Positions 9,718-22,002 of a DNA stretch of 64,000 nt are shown here, piece after piece. The notes under the pieces are model-generated. The model was not told where the DNA came from and did not search any database. It was given only the letters and a program-made list of their open reading frames with translations. Origin of the DNA: Macrostomum lignano (Eukaryota); NCBI GenBank assembly GCA_002269645.1, contig NIVC01001438.1:120327-184326 (forward strand). Reading direction: 5' to 3'. Within the stretch, counting starts at the first letter, position 1. The number at the start of each line of letters is the position of its first letter. A program made the position numbers and the translations under genes.

Positions 9718-12700
9718 ATGGTTTCATCTGCAAGCTGGCAGCAGTGTCAATCACTGTCAAAAATGTCAGTTCGCATTGTGGCACTGAGCTGCATTGCCAG
9801 TCTGCTGCTATCAGTATCGCCTGCAGTCAATGCACTGCACATCCGCGGTACATGGGACAGCAGTCGGTTCTACCTGTTCCTAGCCAAGTTCGGCATACAG
9901 AAAACTGTATTGGAGAGCATGGCGGCCACTCGTGGCTATGTCTATGGCAATGTCACCCTGGCGGGCCAGCGGCAGGCCAGTTCTGGCCGTCAGAGAGCTC
10001 CCGTCACTCTTGTGGTGGTTGACAGCGAATACTTTCAAGTATGCTCTATAGACAGTTGCTGTTGATTTTGCATCATACAGATACAGTTTACAGATTACTC
10101 AATCAAATTTTACAATTGTTAGAAGGCTTGAAACTCCAAGAATCTCCAATAATTATGAAATCACCTCTAACCCTTGCCTTGAGGATCGCTGAGACAATCA
10201 CCTCTCTAACCCTGGAGAATCGCTGAGACAATCACCTCTCTAACCCTGGAGAATCGCTGAGACAATCACCTCTCTAACCCTGGCCTTGAGGATCGCTGAG
10301 ACAATTACCTCTCTAACCCTGGAGAATCGCTGAGACAATCACCTCTCTAACCCTGGAGAATCGCTGAGACAATCACCTCTCTAACCCTGGAGAATCGCTG
10401 AGACAATCACCTCTCTAACCTTTGAGAATCGCTGAGACAATCACCTCTCTAACCCTGGAGAATCGCTGAGACAATCACCTCTCTAACCCTGGAGAATCGC
10501 TGAGACAATCACCTCTCTAACCCTGGCCTTGAGAATCGCTGAGACAATCACCTCTCTAGCCCTGGAGAATCGCTGAGACAATCACCTCTCTAACCCTGGA
10601 GAATCGCTGAGACAATCACCTCTCTAACCTTTGAGAATCGCTGAGACAATCACCTCTCTAGCCCTGGAGAATCGCTGAGACAATCACCTCTCTAACCCTT
10701 GAGAATCGCTGAGACAATCACCTCTCTAACCCTAGCCTGGAGAATCGCTGAGACAATCACCTCTCTAACCCTTGAGAATCGCTGAGACAATCACCTCTCT
10801 AACCCTTGAGAATCGCTGAGACAATCGCCTCTCTAGCCCTGGAGAATCGCTGAGACAATCACCTCTCTAACCCTTGAGAATCTCTGAGACAATCACCTCT
10901 CTAACCCTTGAGAATCGCTGAGACAATCACCTCTCTAACCCTGGCCTTGAGAATCGCTGAGACAATCACCTCTCTAACCCTGGCCTTGAGAATCGCGCCT
11001 GACAGCCGCACCAAACGCGCACTCCCCAGGACCTGTACACAAACTCGTCGCGCCAGCCGCACAATGACGAGTCCTGCCGCAGGATGTTCAACAAGATCGA
11101 CCGACTGGCCTGGCATCCGCAGTGCAGGCAGCAGGGCAAGGAGGACTTCTTGCGATCCGTGCCCTGCCCGACTGGCCGCCTGTGTCCGGAGGAGGACGAG
11201 CCGTCCAGGGTGATCCCTGGCTGGCAGCTCACCTATGCCATACAGGACACGAAGCAGCCCAGATACTGGTATGATTGGGATGGCTTTGAGTGTTGAAATA
11301 TCTCTGAAGCATCATTGTTAGTGTCAGGTGTAGCATTTTAATCCAAAAATATCTCATCGGATGTCAAGATGGGTGTTTTAATCCCAAAATATCTCATCGG
11401 ATGTCAAGATGGGTGTTTTAACCCCAAAATATCCCATCAGATGTCAAGATGGGTGTTTTAACCCCAAAATATCCCATCGGATGTCAAGATGGGTGTTTTA
11501 ACCCCAAAATATCCCATTGGATGTCATGATGGGTGTTTTAATCCCAAAATATCCGATTGGATGTCAAGATAAGCATTTTAATCCCAAAATATCCCATCGG
11601 ATGTCAAGATGGGTGTTTTAACCCCAAAATATCCCATTGGATGTCATGATGGGTGTTTTAATCCCAAAATATCCCATTGGATGTCAAGATAAGCATTTTA
11701 ATCCCAAAATATTCCATCAGATGTCTGGAATAACATCGAAAATTCTAAACTATCCGTATGGGATGATTTTTTATCTTCCCTATGGGATAACACCAGTGTG
11801 CTTCCATCCGCAGGTACCTCAGCCTGGTAGCCTGCAGTCTCAACCTGGACAATTGCCAATGGGAGGCCACCCACACCGGCTCGTCCTCCCTGACGCTCGC
11901 CTACGATCTCTGGCTGGTGAACGGCGCGCCAAGCCAGCGCCATGTGAACAAGCTGGAGCACCAGTTCTCCTTTGACGAGCACGACATTCTGGAGATCTAC
12001 GGCGTGTTTCTCATGCTGTACGCCGCCCTGGCCGGGGCCGTCCACGCTAAACTGCTGCGCCGGCAGGAGCCCTTCACCTGGGGTGTGGCGGCGCAGTGCT
12101 GGCTGGAGGTGAGCCAATCTAAGCATTTTTGATGAAATATTTTCTGGTAGAAACCTAGCAACTAAGTTTTGTTGCATTCTCAAAATTTGAAACACTCGGA
12201 ACTGCGAATCCCCATGGAGCTCTAAATAATCTGGAAAATCCCCGGGAATTCCCTATAAATAGTAGTTAATGCAATCTGGGAAATCCGAGGAATCCCAAAG
12301 AAAATTTTCTCGGTAATCCTAAAGGAACTTATCTCTGGAATCCGGGGAATCCCATAGAGTATTATCTGGGAAATCCCGGAAAACCCTAAGAATATTATCT
12401 GGGAAATCCCGAGAATCCCGAAGAATATTATCTGAGAACACCCGGGAATCCTAAAGAACTTTTATGGGGAATCACGAGAATCCCAAAGATACTTCTCTTG
12501 GGAATCCTTTTAATCCCTAAAAAACTTATCCCAGGAATTCTCCCAACACTCGTGACTAATCCTTGAGAATCCCAAGTCGGCAGTTGGGCAATTTAACGAA
12601 TCGAATTACATATCCCCACCATCCTATCAAAGGTGGCCGGCGCCTTTCTCTGCTGCGTTCACCTGGCCAAATTTGCCGGCGACGGCGTCGGCGCCTCGGG

Positions 12701-14090
12701 CCTGTGGGCCGCCGGCGAGCTGCTCCGTCGATGGGCGGACGCCGTGTTTATCCTGCTGCTGATCCTGGCCGCCAGGCTCGGTCTGCAGGGCCGGCCGGAC
12801 CCGCTGGGCACGGGCATCCTGCTGGCCTCGTTCCTCACCGTTAGCGCCGGCTTCTACCTGTGGTCTCTGGCCGAGGTGAGTGGGCTGGACTTCTGAGAAT
12901 TCATAAATTTGGAATAAGATTCTCGAAGCTTTTTATCTGTCTCAGGGTGAGATTCTCGTGTCTCTTATCCGTCTCAGGGTGAGATTCTCATGTCTTTTAT
13001 TCGTCTCAGGGTGAGATTCTCGTGTCTTTTATCCGTCTCAGGGTGATATTCTCGTGTTTTCTATCCTTCTCAGGGGAGATTCTTAGGGCTTCTTATCAGT
13101 CTCAGGGTGAGATTCTCGTGTCTTTTATCCATCTCAGGATGAGATTCTCGGGCTTTATATCCGTCTCAGGCTGAGATTCTCGTGTCTATTATCCGTCTCA
13201 ATGTGAGTTTCTCGAAGTTTTTTGTCTCAGGATGAGATTCTCGGACTTTATATCCGTCTCAGGCTGAGATTCTCGTGTCTTCTATCCGTCTCAAGGGAGA
13301 TTCTCGAGCTTCTTATCAGTCTGAGGGTGAGATTGTCGTGTATTTTATCCATCTCAAGGTAGGATTCTCGTGTCCTTTATCTGTCTCAGGGTGAGATTCT
13401 CATGATTTTGATCCACACCGCGGTGAGATTGTCATGTTTTTTCAATCGAAGAATGAGATTCTAATCATGTCTTTTTCCATCTCGGGTGAGTCTCATGCCT
13501 TTCATCCGGGTTCTCTTTAGCTGTTATTCTTGTGCCCAGTCCATGTCTCTAAGATTCTCATTACATCATCTTTCACCCTGGGTGAGATTTTCATAATCCC
13601 TGCGTACCGCATCCCAGCGAGCCCCAAAACTCCCCTAACCCAGGTGAGCCAGGTAGAAGATGTTGGCGTATTCGACACGGTGCCCTCCTGTCTGCTGCTG
13701 GCCCTGCGGTTCCCCTTGGTCTGCTGGTTTCTGGCCGAGCTGCCCGGCCGGCCCGGCCGAGATTTCGGCCGAATCGATGTGCTGCAGTTCGCGGCCGGCT
13801 TCCTACTGTGGCTGGTGGCCCTGCCCATCCTGGTGCTGGTGTCGGAGACTCAGGTTTCGGCTCTGTGGCGTCAGAAATGCGTTCTCAGCGTCAGCTATGG
13901 CACTAACTTCGTGGCCGCTAGCGCCTTTATCTACGCCCTGTTCACCAGCCAGCAGCACGATGGGGCTAAGTATGACTACCTCATGACTGCGGAGGAGTCC
14001 CCGGAACACCGGTCACGGCTGAGGGACGGCCCTGCCGCATCCGGCAATGGCAGCGCCGGCATAGCGGCAGAGGAGGATAAGCTGAACTAA
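9718..14090 (+). CDS. TMEM145/GPR180-family 7TM membrane protein (5 exons)
   Basis: Exons 9718(or 9763)-10038, 11030-11268, 11814-12108, 12633-12875, 13644(or 13653)-14090; all GT-AG with compatible phases. Signal peptide, LAKFG..KT..GY.YGN.T, DFLRSVPCPTGRLC, RYWYLSLVAC, EHQFSFDE and seven hydrophobic segments. Confidence 0.8.
10160..10996. repeat. Minisatellite, ~30/36-bp unit GAGAATCGCTGAGACAATCACCTCTCTAACCCT(G), in intron 1
   Basis: Tandem array read directly from the sequence. Confidence 0.95.
11340..11720. repeat. 40-bp minisatellite in intron 2
   Basis: Unit ATCCCAAAATATCCCATCGGATGTCAAGATGGGTGTTTTA. Confidence 0.9.
12220..12560. repeat. Degenerate GGAATCCC-based repeat in intron 3
   Basis: Recurrent ...CTGGGAAATCCCGAGAATCCC... 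units. Confidence 0.6.
12940..13500. repeat. ~31-bp minisatellite in intron 4
   Basis: Unit TCCGTCTCAGGGTGAGATTCTCGTGTCTTTTA-like. Confidence 0.85.
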
Positions 14091-14499
14091 CAATACTGGT
14101 GATTAGTAATGACACCGTTGATTTTTATTTGAGACCGTCCTAGTCATACATTAAATGTCTCGGGGTAGAGATAGGGGTGTCTTGGTAGAGATTGGGTGTC
14201 TTGGTAAAGATTGGGGTGTAACTGGCAAAATTTAACTACGAGTATGTTTTGGTTTTTTTTACCACAGTTTGATGCGTTGCCATCAATTTTTTTCTAATTA
14301 CCAAACGATATTATAATTCGGAACCGTTAGTTTTATTTTCAGCTGGTCCGACGGAGCAATTTGCACGTGTTTATTATCAATCTAGTTGTGCTCTGTTCTG
14401 GCAGTCTTTCAAGCAGAGTCTGTACTTAAGCTTAGCAATTTTCTGCTTATCGTCGATTGAAAAAAATGCAAAAGGTTTTTTGCAATAGTTAGATAGGTG

Positions 14500-15430
14500 T
14501 AGGGCGGAGTGAGGTGGATATAAAGCGGAGTGAGTTGGGTGTAAGGCGGAGGGAGGTGGGTGTAAGGCGGAGGGAGGTGGGTGTAAGGCGGAGGGAGGTG
14601 GGTGTAAGGCGGAGGGAGGTGGGTGTAAGGCGGAGGGAGGTGGGTGTAAGGCGGAGGGAGGTGGGTGTAAGGCGGAGGGAGGTGGGTGTAAGGCGGAGGA
14701 GGTGGGTGTAAGGCGGAGGGAGGTGGGTGTAAGGCGGAGGGAGGTGGGTGTAAGGCGGAGGGAGGTGGATGTAAGGCGGAGGGAGGTGGATGTAAGGCGG
14801 AGGGAGGTGGGTGTAAGGCGGAGGGAGGTGGATGTAAGGCGGAGGGAGGTGGGTGTAAGGCGGAGGGAGGTGGATGTAAGGCGGAGGGAGGTGGGTGTAA
14901 GGCGGAGGGAGGTGGATGTAAGGCGGAGGGAGGTAGGTGTAAGGCGGAGGGAGGTGGATGTAAGGCGGAGGGAGGTAGGTGTAAGGCGGAGGGAGGTGGA
15001 TGTAAGGCGGAGGGAGGTGGGTGTAAGGCGGAGGGAGGTGGATGTAAGGCGGAGGGAGGTGGGTGTAAGGCGGAGGGAGGTGGATGTAAGGCGGAGGGAG
15101 GTGGGTGTAAGGCGGAGGGAGGTGGATGTAAGGCGGAGGGAGGTGGGTGTAAGGCGGAGGGAGGTGGGTGTAAGGCGGAGGGAGGTGGGTGTAAGGCGGA
15201 GGGAGGTGGATGTAAGGCGGAGGGAGGTGGGTGTAAGGCGGAGGGAGGTGGGTGTAAGGCGGAGGGAGGTGGGTGTAAGGCGGAGGGAGGTGGGTGTAAG
15301 GCGGAGGGAGGTGGGTGTAAGGCGGAGGGAGGTGGGTGTAAGGCGGAGGGAGGTGGGTGTAAGGCGGAGGAGGTGGGTGTAAGCCGAGTGAGGTGGGTGT
15401 AAGCAGAGTGATGTGGATGTAAGGCGGGGT
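14500..15430. repeat. 21-bp G-rich minisatellite
   Basis: Unit GGAGGGAGGTGGGTGTAAGGC. Confidence 0.95.
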
Positions 15431-16304
15431 GAGAGTTAATCAGATCAAGCCTCAATTAAGTGGACATTCCAAATAATTTAAAAAAATGACCCATCAATGC
15501 TCAATTGAAATACTCCACTATATTTTTGTTTCACAAATAATGCTTGCAATAATGCTTTTATGCGTCGCTAATATCTAAACATGTACATAAATACTAGAAT
15601 CAAGTCAAGAGTCAAACAGTTGCTTATTCCGTGGCATAAAAATTACAACTTAACCAATTATGCTGCAATGTTTGTTATATGAAAATTCACTTCCTGATTT
15701 AGAAATATACCCGGCTGTCAGAGTCTATACTCCGTAAGCCTATTTTCATTCCAAAGCTTAAATATTGGATAAATGGCTACAAACATGCAATTCTTTTTTA
15801 CTGACCTTCAGAATGGATGCTTTGTTTTTATCAGTCTCAGGGTGACTCGTTTTACTCCTTTCGGTATTATTTATAATTCGTCTATTAACACTGAACTGGC
15901 ACCAAATAAAACTTTTATATGATAATTTGCCGATATGTTGCGTTAATAACATAACTGGGCATGGTTTTGCAGGGATTAAAAATCAGGCAAAAATTTTTGC
16001 TGTGCCGGCACTGTGTGGCATATGAATTCTGTATAACTGCTGCTAATTAGCGGTGAATAAATTCCGTTACCGGAAAAATACTTTACGGCTTCATTGACTG
16101 AGGTTTGGCAATGCTTGTCTGAAATAATTCTTTAATAAAACAAAAATATTTTCTTTTCACGTCAAATACTTTAAGTAGAAATAAACGCTTTTTGTCGGAA
16201 AAATTTGCCACTTCTGCAATAAAATGCCGCAAATGTAGCAGAAATCGGGTATAAAATGAACTTTATACATCCATGACTGCGGTGCGGTCCGGAAGGCTTG
16301 GTTC

Positions 16305-16341
16305 GACGGTCTCTTACTGCGAAGACTCAATTTATTGCATG
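16305..16341 (+). ncRNA. Genomic copy of the Macrostomum spliced-leader exon followed by GT (SL RNA gene variant, pseudogene or retrocopy 5' end)
   Basis: (GA)CGGTCTCTTACTGCGAAGACTCAATTTATTGCATG matches the M. lignano SL as recalled, ends in the flatworm-typical AUG and is followed by GT at 16342-16343. Confidence 0.75.
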
Positions 16342-17885
16342 GTTAACTGCGCCACACCATCCGGGTGCAGTTGCCAAAACCTTCATCACATCAAGCCTGA
16401 TTACTTGACCGCACCTTTTTGCAAGTTTTACCTGCTTTTTAGTTGCCGAAAACTGCACAAAGTGTTGGGGGACGGGTTAGCGACTGTGGCAGTGGACCAG
16501 GCTCGATTCCTAGTAGTTAAGCTAGCTTGGTAATAATATCGCTTCGTGCAATTACGATCTCAAACTAGTCGTGAGTCATTACGTTGAATCGGCGTAGGAA
16601 TTGAATTTTGGCTTAACTTTAACGACAAGAAATTGTTAATACCCGCATGCAGTTTTCTGGTACTCATTTGGTCTCTTAACTTTCAATCGTCATTCATTTG
16701 CTGGGAGGTGGGGCTGGGGTTTAACAAGCGCTTAGCCTGAACTGCGCAAGGCATCGGGATCGGAATCATGAGTTTGTTTGTTATTGTATATCATTTCCCA
16801 CGCCTATACTGTATTATTACTGTAGGTCGCGGGTTCGAGTCCCTTACTATTGATCTGCAGCCGATAATGGAGGCCGCCGGTTTTTGCAGAAACGTGAATT
16901 CATCAACGAGGTGAGTGCGTTTTCCTGCTTTTAGCGATAAATGCATAATATCTCTCACCTTCTGACCCTTTGTGGAAATCAATATTGTGTCTCAGGGCAC
17001 CACAGTGCCTGCGGCGCCAAAATGAGTGCCTGCGGCGCCAAAATGAGTGCCTGCGGCGCCAAAATGAGTGCTAACAACACCAATTCTCAAAATAATGCCC
17101 ACGTGTAGGAACTTAGTCAATCATGTACATGTAGAATTCTTGGTTTTGTCCCGGCCCCCCCCCCTACCACCAAAAAATCCATGGGCTGGTACGAGCGTAC
17201 ATGGGGGAGTACGCAAGCACTGAATGAGGGATTTCGCCATTTGTGGAAAATCCGTGCTAGAAACAAAGCGTACTAAAGAGACTGGAGCAACTGAAATTTC
17301 GCCTGAACTTAGTCTGCATGCCGGCCTCCATTAATTAGCATTTCATGATTTCATGAGAAAATTACTTGATAAACTTGCGATATTGGGAATTCAGTGCTAA
17401 AATAACCGAAGACTTCCTTCTGTTTTATCTTCCCATGACTCACCATATAGTAGGAAATAGCCACAGAATTTGAAAGCTAATATTAGCGTCGATAATAACG
17501 AGCTGAGAGATTTATCCTTGGTGAGTCACACCGACTGAGCAGCAAATCCGGTACCGTCCCAGACTCTCCGCTTCATAATTAGTCTATTCTCGCAATTTCA
17601 TCATCATAATTCTAAAAATAGGATCTGGCGTTGAAATTGCAAACAGATTAAGCTCCAGAGCGCGTCCAAATTAGCATGTAAGTTTTTTCTTTTTATACTT
17701 CGTATTTTCGGATAAAATTTACGATTCGCAATGGTTTTTAGCTCGTATCAAAGATTTATTCACGTAATGTCAGAATCAAACAAGCACTCCCTCACTGGGC
17801 ATGGCATTGCACTTCCCGCATCTTTGTGCGATCTCAAGGTCGAGAAACACACCCCATAAAGCACGAAGTCGTAACCTGCTATATT

Positions 17886-18060
17886 AGTCACGTGATCTCA
17901 AGGTCACACACCACACCCCATGCAGGACAGAATGGACATTTCCTGACGCGGCCTTCATTTAGTCACGTGATCTCAAGGTCACACACCACACCCCATGCAG
18001 GACAGAATGGACATTTCCTGACGCGGCCTTCATTTAGTCAAGGTCACACACCACACCCCC
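17886..18060. repeat. ~75-bp tandem duplication (2 copies plus a partial)
   Basis: TTAGTCACGTGATCTCAAGGTCACACACCACACCCCATGCAGGACAGAATGG... repeated. Confidence 0.85.
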
Positions 18061-18087
18061 TGCAGAACAGAATAGACCTGTACACTC

Positions 18088-19499
18088 GGGTCCACGACGT
18101 TTGCCTGCGGGACGTTTGCCAGCCGACGTTTGCCTGCGGGACGTTTGCCAGCCGACATTTGCCAGCCGACGTTTGCCAGCCGACGTTTGCCAGCCGAAGT
18201 TTGCCTGCCGGACGTCTGCCTGCGGGACGTTTGCCAGCCGACATTTGCCAGCCGACTTTGCCAGCCGACTTTGCCAGCCGACGTTTGCCAGCCGACGTTT
18301 GCCAGCGGGACGTTTGCCAGTCGGAAGTTTGCCTGCCGGACGTTTGCCAGCCGACGTTTGCCAGCCGACGTTTGCCTGCCGGAAGTTTGCCAGCCAAAAT
18401 TTGCTAGCCAATATAAAGCCAGTCAGTGAAAAATTTGATACTGAAATATTCGCAGTTTAGCGGTTTGACAAAAACCGTTTTTACTCCAACTTTTTGACGG
18501 TTATTCGCAATTTTGCATATATACAAGTTTGAAATGCAAAATATAAAAATTATGCAATTTATATAGATATAAATTATTATGCAATTTATATAGATTTACA
18601 TCTAATATCCAGTTTAACAACGATTTTCTTTGAATGTGAAAATATTGTTTACTTTTGACAATTGTGTATCGTTTTTCCCAGTTTGAGATGTTTGATTTTT
18701 GATGTGCGAAAGAAGACGCGCAAATTACAACGGGGATCTCCAGCGATTAAGTTATGAGGCAAACAAAAAGAGCTGCTGAGCGGTAATTCTGGCTCATATA
18801 TTTCTCAGTTCATTGGGAGATCCAAAAGTAAGCAAATTGATTCCAATTCTGTTGTATTACTACTCAAGTAAGCCAGGAAACCGCGATCTCAACGTACATG
18901 TGTAGACGAGTCGAATGCGGTATGTTTTTATAGTAAGCTATACAGCTGAATAGCCAGACAAGCCACCAGTAGCAAGCTAGTCGGATAGCAAGCGCTAGAC
19001 ACTACGTATGCAAAGCTTAGTCACGCCAAGGACTACTAAAGTAGAAGTACGCAGCACTCGAAATCTATGAAAAATTTTTTGAAGGCCATAGGGAGAAAGG
19101 AAGTTTTCATCTTTTCAGCACAACAATTGTTATTGCTTTCATACGAGGCAAACCCAATGTTCATCTTTTGATATGTTGTGCCAAAATCTTTGGTAAACTA
19201 GATATTAGACGTTAGACTGATGAACTGCATAATTTATATATTTTGCTTTCAAACTTGTATATATGCGAATAACCGTCAAAAAGTTGGAGTAAAAACGGTT
19301 TTTGTCAAACCGCTAAACTGCGAATATTTCAGTATCACATTTTTCACTGACTGGCTTTATATTGGCTAGCAAATTTTGGCTGGCAAACGTCGGCTGGCAA
19401 ACGTCCCACTGGCAAACGTCGGCTGGCAAACGTCGGCTGGCAAACGTCGGCTGGCAAATGTCGGCTGGCAAACGTCCCGCAGGCAAACGTCGCTATCCC
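18088..19499. mobile_element. Foldback-type non-autonomous DNA transposon with repeat-array TIRs
   Basis: Ends GGGTCCACGACGTTTGCC...GGCAAACGTCGCTATCCC; subterminal GACGTTTGCCAGCC arrays in opposite orientation plus ~170-bp inner inverted arms; TSD GTACACTC at 18080-18087 and 19500-19507 (a 9-bp reading is possible). Confidence 0.85.
19027..19182 (+). mobile_element. Diverged TIR fragment related to the 6032-6730 MITE
   Basis: CAAGGACTACTAAAGTAGAAG...TCATCTTTTGATATGTTGTGCC is colinear with 6032-6207. Confidence 0.75.
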
Positions 19500-20119
19500 G
19501 TACACTCGCAGCCTGCTAGTCACGTGATCTCAGTCTCTGCTATGTCGTAGCACTGCACATATTCCTATTGTGTCTGTATTGCTCAAACTACATAGAAATT
19601 GAAAGCTTAAATTCATTTTTCGTACCGTCGGAATTCATCTGTGAATCGGCACTCATTTTGCACGCAGAGATAGCTTTAGGAGAAGACAATGCGGGCGTAG
19701 GAAGCCACGACGAGTTCCGCTTCAATACTGAACAAAACCTCTCAGGGTCAACAATCAGATAAAGTCATTTTAAGTCCAACTGTCGCCCTTCCCGCTGAGA
19801 CACGCAGCTTGTCGGTCTCACTGCGCTTGAGAGGGGGATGATAAATTTTTCCTTGTTCTTTTTTAACTTAGTCGCACAATTCCTTCCCGCTTCCTGTTGG
19901 TTGTCAAGCCGCCGCTATCGCGTGTGAAAGCAGAAGACTGGATGCTTGCTTTCTCTTTTATGCACTCCGGGGGCATGTAGGAGAGAGGATGAGAGGGAGG
20001 GTAGGGAAGAGGATGAAAGGGAGGCCGGGAGGGTAGGGAAGAGGATGAGGAGGGGAGTGAAGAGGTTGAGATGTTGAGAGGGAAGAGGCATATAGATCGA
20101 GTTGAGAAGGGAGTGCTGA

Positions 20120-20580
20120 GATCCCTCTCATCCCCTCCCCTGCCATCCCTCTCATCCCCTCCCCTGCCCTCCCTCTCATCCCCTCCCCTGCCCTCCCTCT
20201 CATCCCCTCCCCTGCCCTCTCTCTCATCCCCTCCCCTGCCCTCCCTCTCATCCCCTCCCCTGCCCTCCCTCTCATCCCCTCCCCTGCCCTCCCTCTCATC
20301 CCCTCCCCTGCCCTCCCTCTCATCCCCTCCCCTGCCCTCCCTCTCATCCCCTCCCCTGCCCTCCCTCTCATCCCCTCCCCTGCCATCCCTCTCATCCCCT
20401 CCCCTGCCCTCCCTCTCATCCCCTCCCCTGCCATCCCTCTCATCCCCTCCCCTGCCCTCCCTCTCATCCCCTCCCCTGCCCTCCCTCTCATCCCCTCCCC
20501 TGCCATCCCTCTCATCCCCTCCCCTGCCCTCCCTCTCATCCCCTCCCCTGCCCTCCCTCTCATCCTCTTCCCTACCCTCC
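20120..20580. repeat. 24-bp pyrimidine-rich minisatellite
   Basis: Unit CCCTCTCATCCCCTCCCCTGCCCT. Confidence 0.95.
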
Positions 20581-21099
20581 CTCCCAGAATGAATGCATGT
20601 GATTCCCTTCTCAATTTCTCGCCATTGCAGAAACCCAATATAAAGGCCAAAAATCAGCTTATTCGAGAAGCAATGCAGCGCTGTTTAAAAGTGTACGTGG
20701 GGCTTACCACGGTTAGCAGGCAGTCGTAAAGAAATATCAAAGGAATTACCCCCCACACTCCCAAAATATTGGGAGCGGAGTCAAATCCCCTGACGTTTTC
20801 TTTGCTTCAGCAAAAGCAGAAGACGAAGCCATTCCGTTTCTACTTACTGGCCTTCCATTTTTAGTCCCTGTAAATAACAGCTGTAGTCCGGACTCCGGAG
20901 GTGCCGCGGGGACTCCAGTGGAATGAGGAGTGGGGGCCGGGCCTGTGAGGCGTGGGTCTGTGTGGGCGTTTCGCTGAGTTCCGTCCCTTCCCCGCCCCAC
21001 CCCCACTGCTCCCAAAACCGCCATGGATTTCTATGAAACAATGTGGACTGGAAGCGGACCATAGGCCGCTGAGGTCGGCTAACTCCGGTCCGCGGGCCG

Positions 21100-21730
21100 G
21101 GTCGCCATCACAAGCTCGAAAAATCATATCGTCGAAACAGGGCTCCATCACAAGCTCGAAAACTCACAAGCTCGAAAACTCACATCGTCGAAAATTTTAG
21201 CAACCACCATCACAAGCTCGAAAAGTCATAAGCTCGAAAAATCATATCGTCGAAAAGTCTAGCAACCATCATCATAAGCTCGAAAAATCATATCGTCGAA
21301 AAGTTTAGCAACCACCATCACAAGCTCGAAAAATCATATCGTCGAAAAGTTTAGCAACCACCATCACAAGCTCGAAAAGGCACAAGCCCTAACCCCAAGG
21401 CACCAGTACCCTAGCCTAACCCTGAACCATAACCCTAACCCCAACCCTAACCTAACCCTAAACCCTAACTTAAAGGCACTAGTTCTAACCCCGACCCTAA
21501 CCCTAAGCCCTAACCCTAAGGCACAAGCTCTAACCCTAACCCTATTCAAGCTTGTGATGATGGTTGCTAGACTTTTCGACGATATGATTTTTCGAGCTTA
21601 TGACTTTTCGAGCTTGTGATGGTGGTTGCTAAACTTTTCGACGATGTGATTTTTCGAGCTTATGACTTTTCGAGCTTGTGATGGTGGATGCTTTTCGACG
21701 ATGTGATTTTTCGAGCTTGTGATGGGCCCC
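21100..21730. mobile_element. Foldback element with ACAAGCTCGAAAA arrays and a degenerate (CCCTAA)n core
   Basis: Inverted arrays ~21105-21378 and ~21547-21725; GG...CC ends; 9-bp TSD CGCGGGCCG at 21091-21099 and 21731-21739. Confidence 0.85.
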
Positions 21731-21810
21731 CGCGGGCCGCATGCGGCCCACCAAGCCTCTTATCCGGCCCTCGGGGGGTTCTTTGAAACTTCACAATAGC
21801 AATCCGGCCC

Positions 21811-22002
21811 GGGTTGCTTTCACAAGCTCGAAATTTCACAACCTCGAAACCAGTTACTTTCATGAGCTCGAAATTTCATAAGCTCGAAATTTTCGAGGTT
21901 GTGAAATTTCGAACTTGTGAAATTTCGAGCTTATGAAGTTTCGGGTTTGTGAAAAGAAGTGCTTTTCGAGGTTGTGAAATTTCGAGCTTGTGAAGCGACC
22001 CC
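21811..22002. mobile_element. Short foldback MITE related to 21100-21730
   Basis: GGGTTGCTTTCACAAGCTCG...CGAGCTTGTGAAGCGACCCC; TSD TCCGGCCC(G) at 21803 and 22003; empty site visible at ~30744-30753. Confidence 0.85.

Noticed and set aside
14409-15455. 348-aa and 226-aa ORFs (PPSALH / GVRRRE repeats)
   Set aside because: Translations of a stop-free 21-bp minisatellite. The same applies to repeat ORFs at 20.0-20.6, 27.8-28.2, 38.6-39.5, 50.0-51.2, 53, 55 and 61-64 kb.
16822-16845. Isolated B-box GGTTCGAGTCCC
   Set aside because: No A box or cloverleaf nearby.
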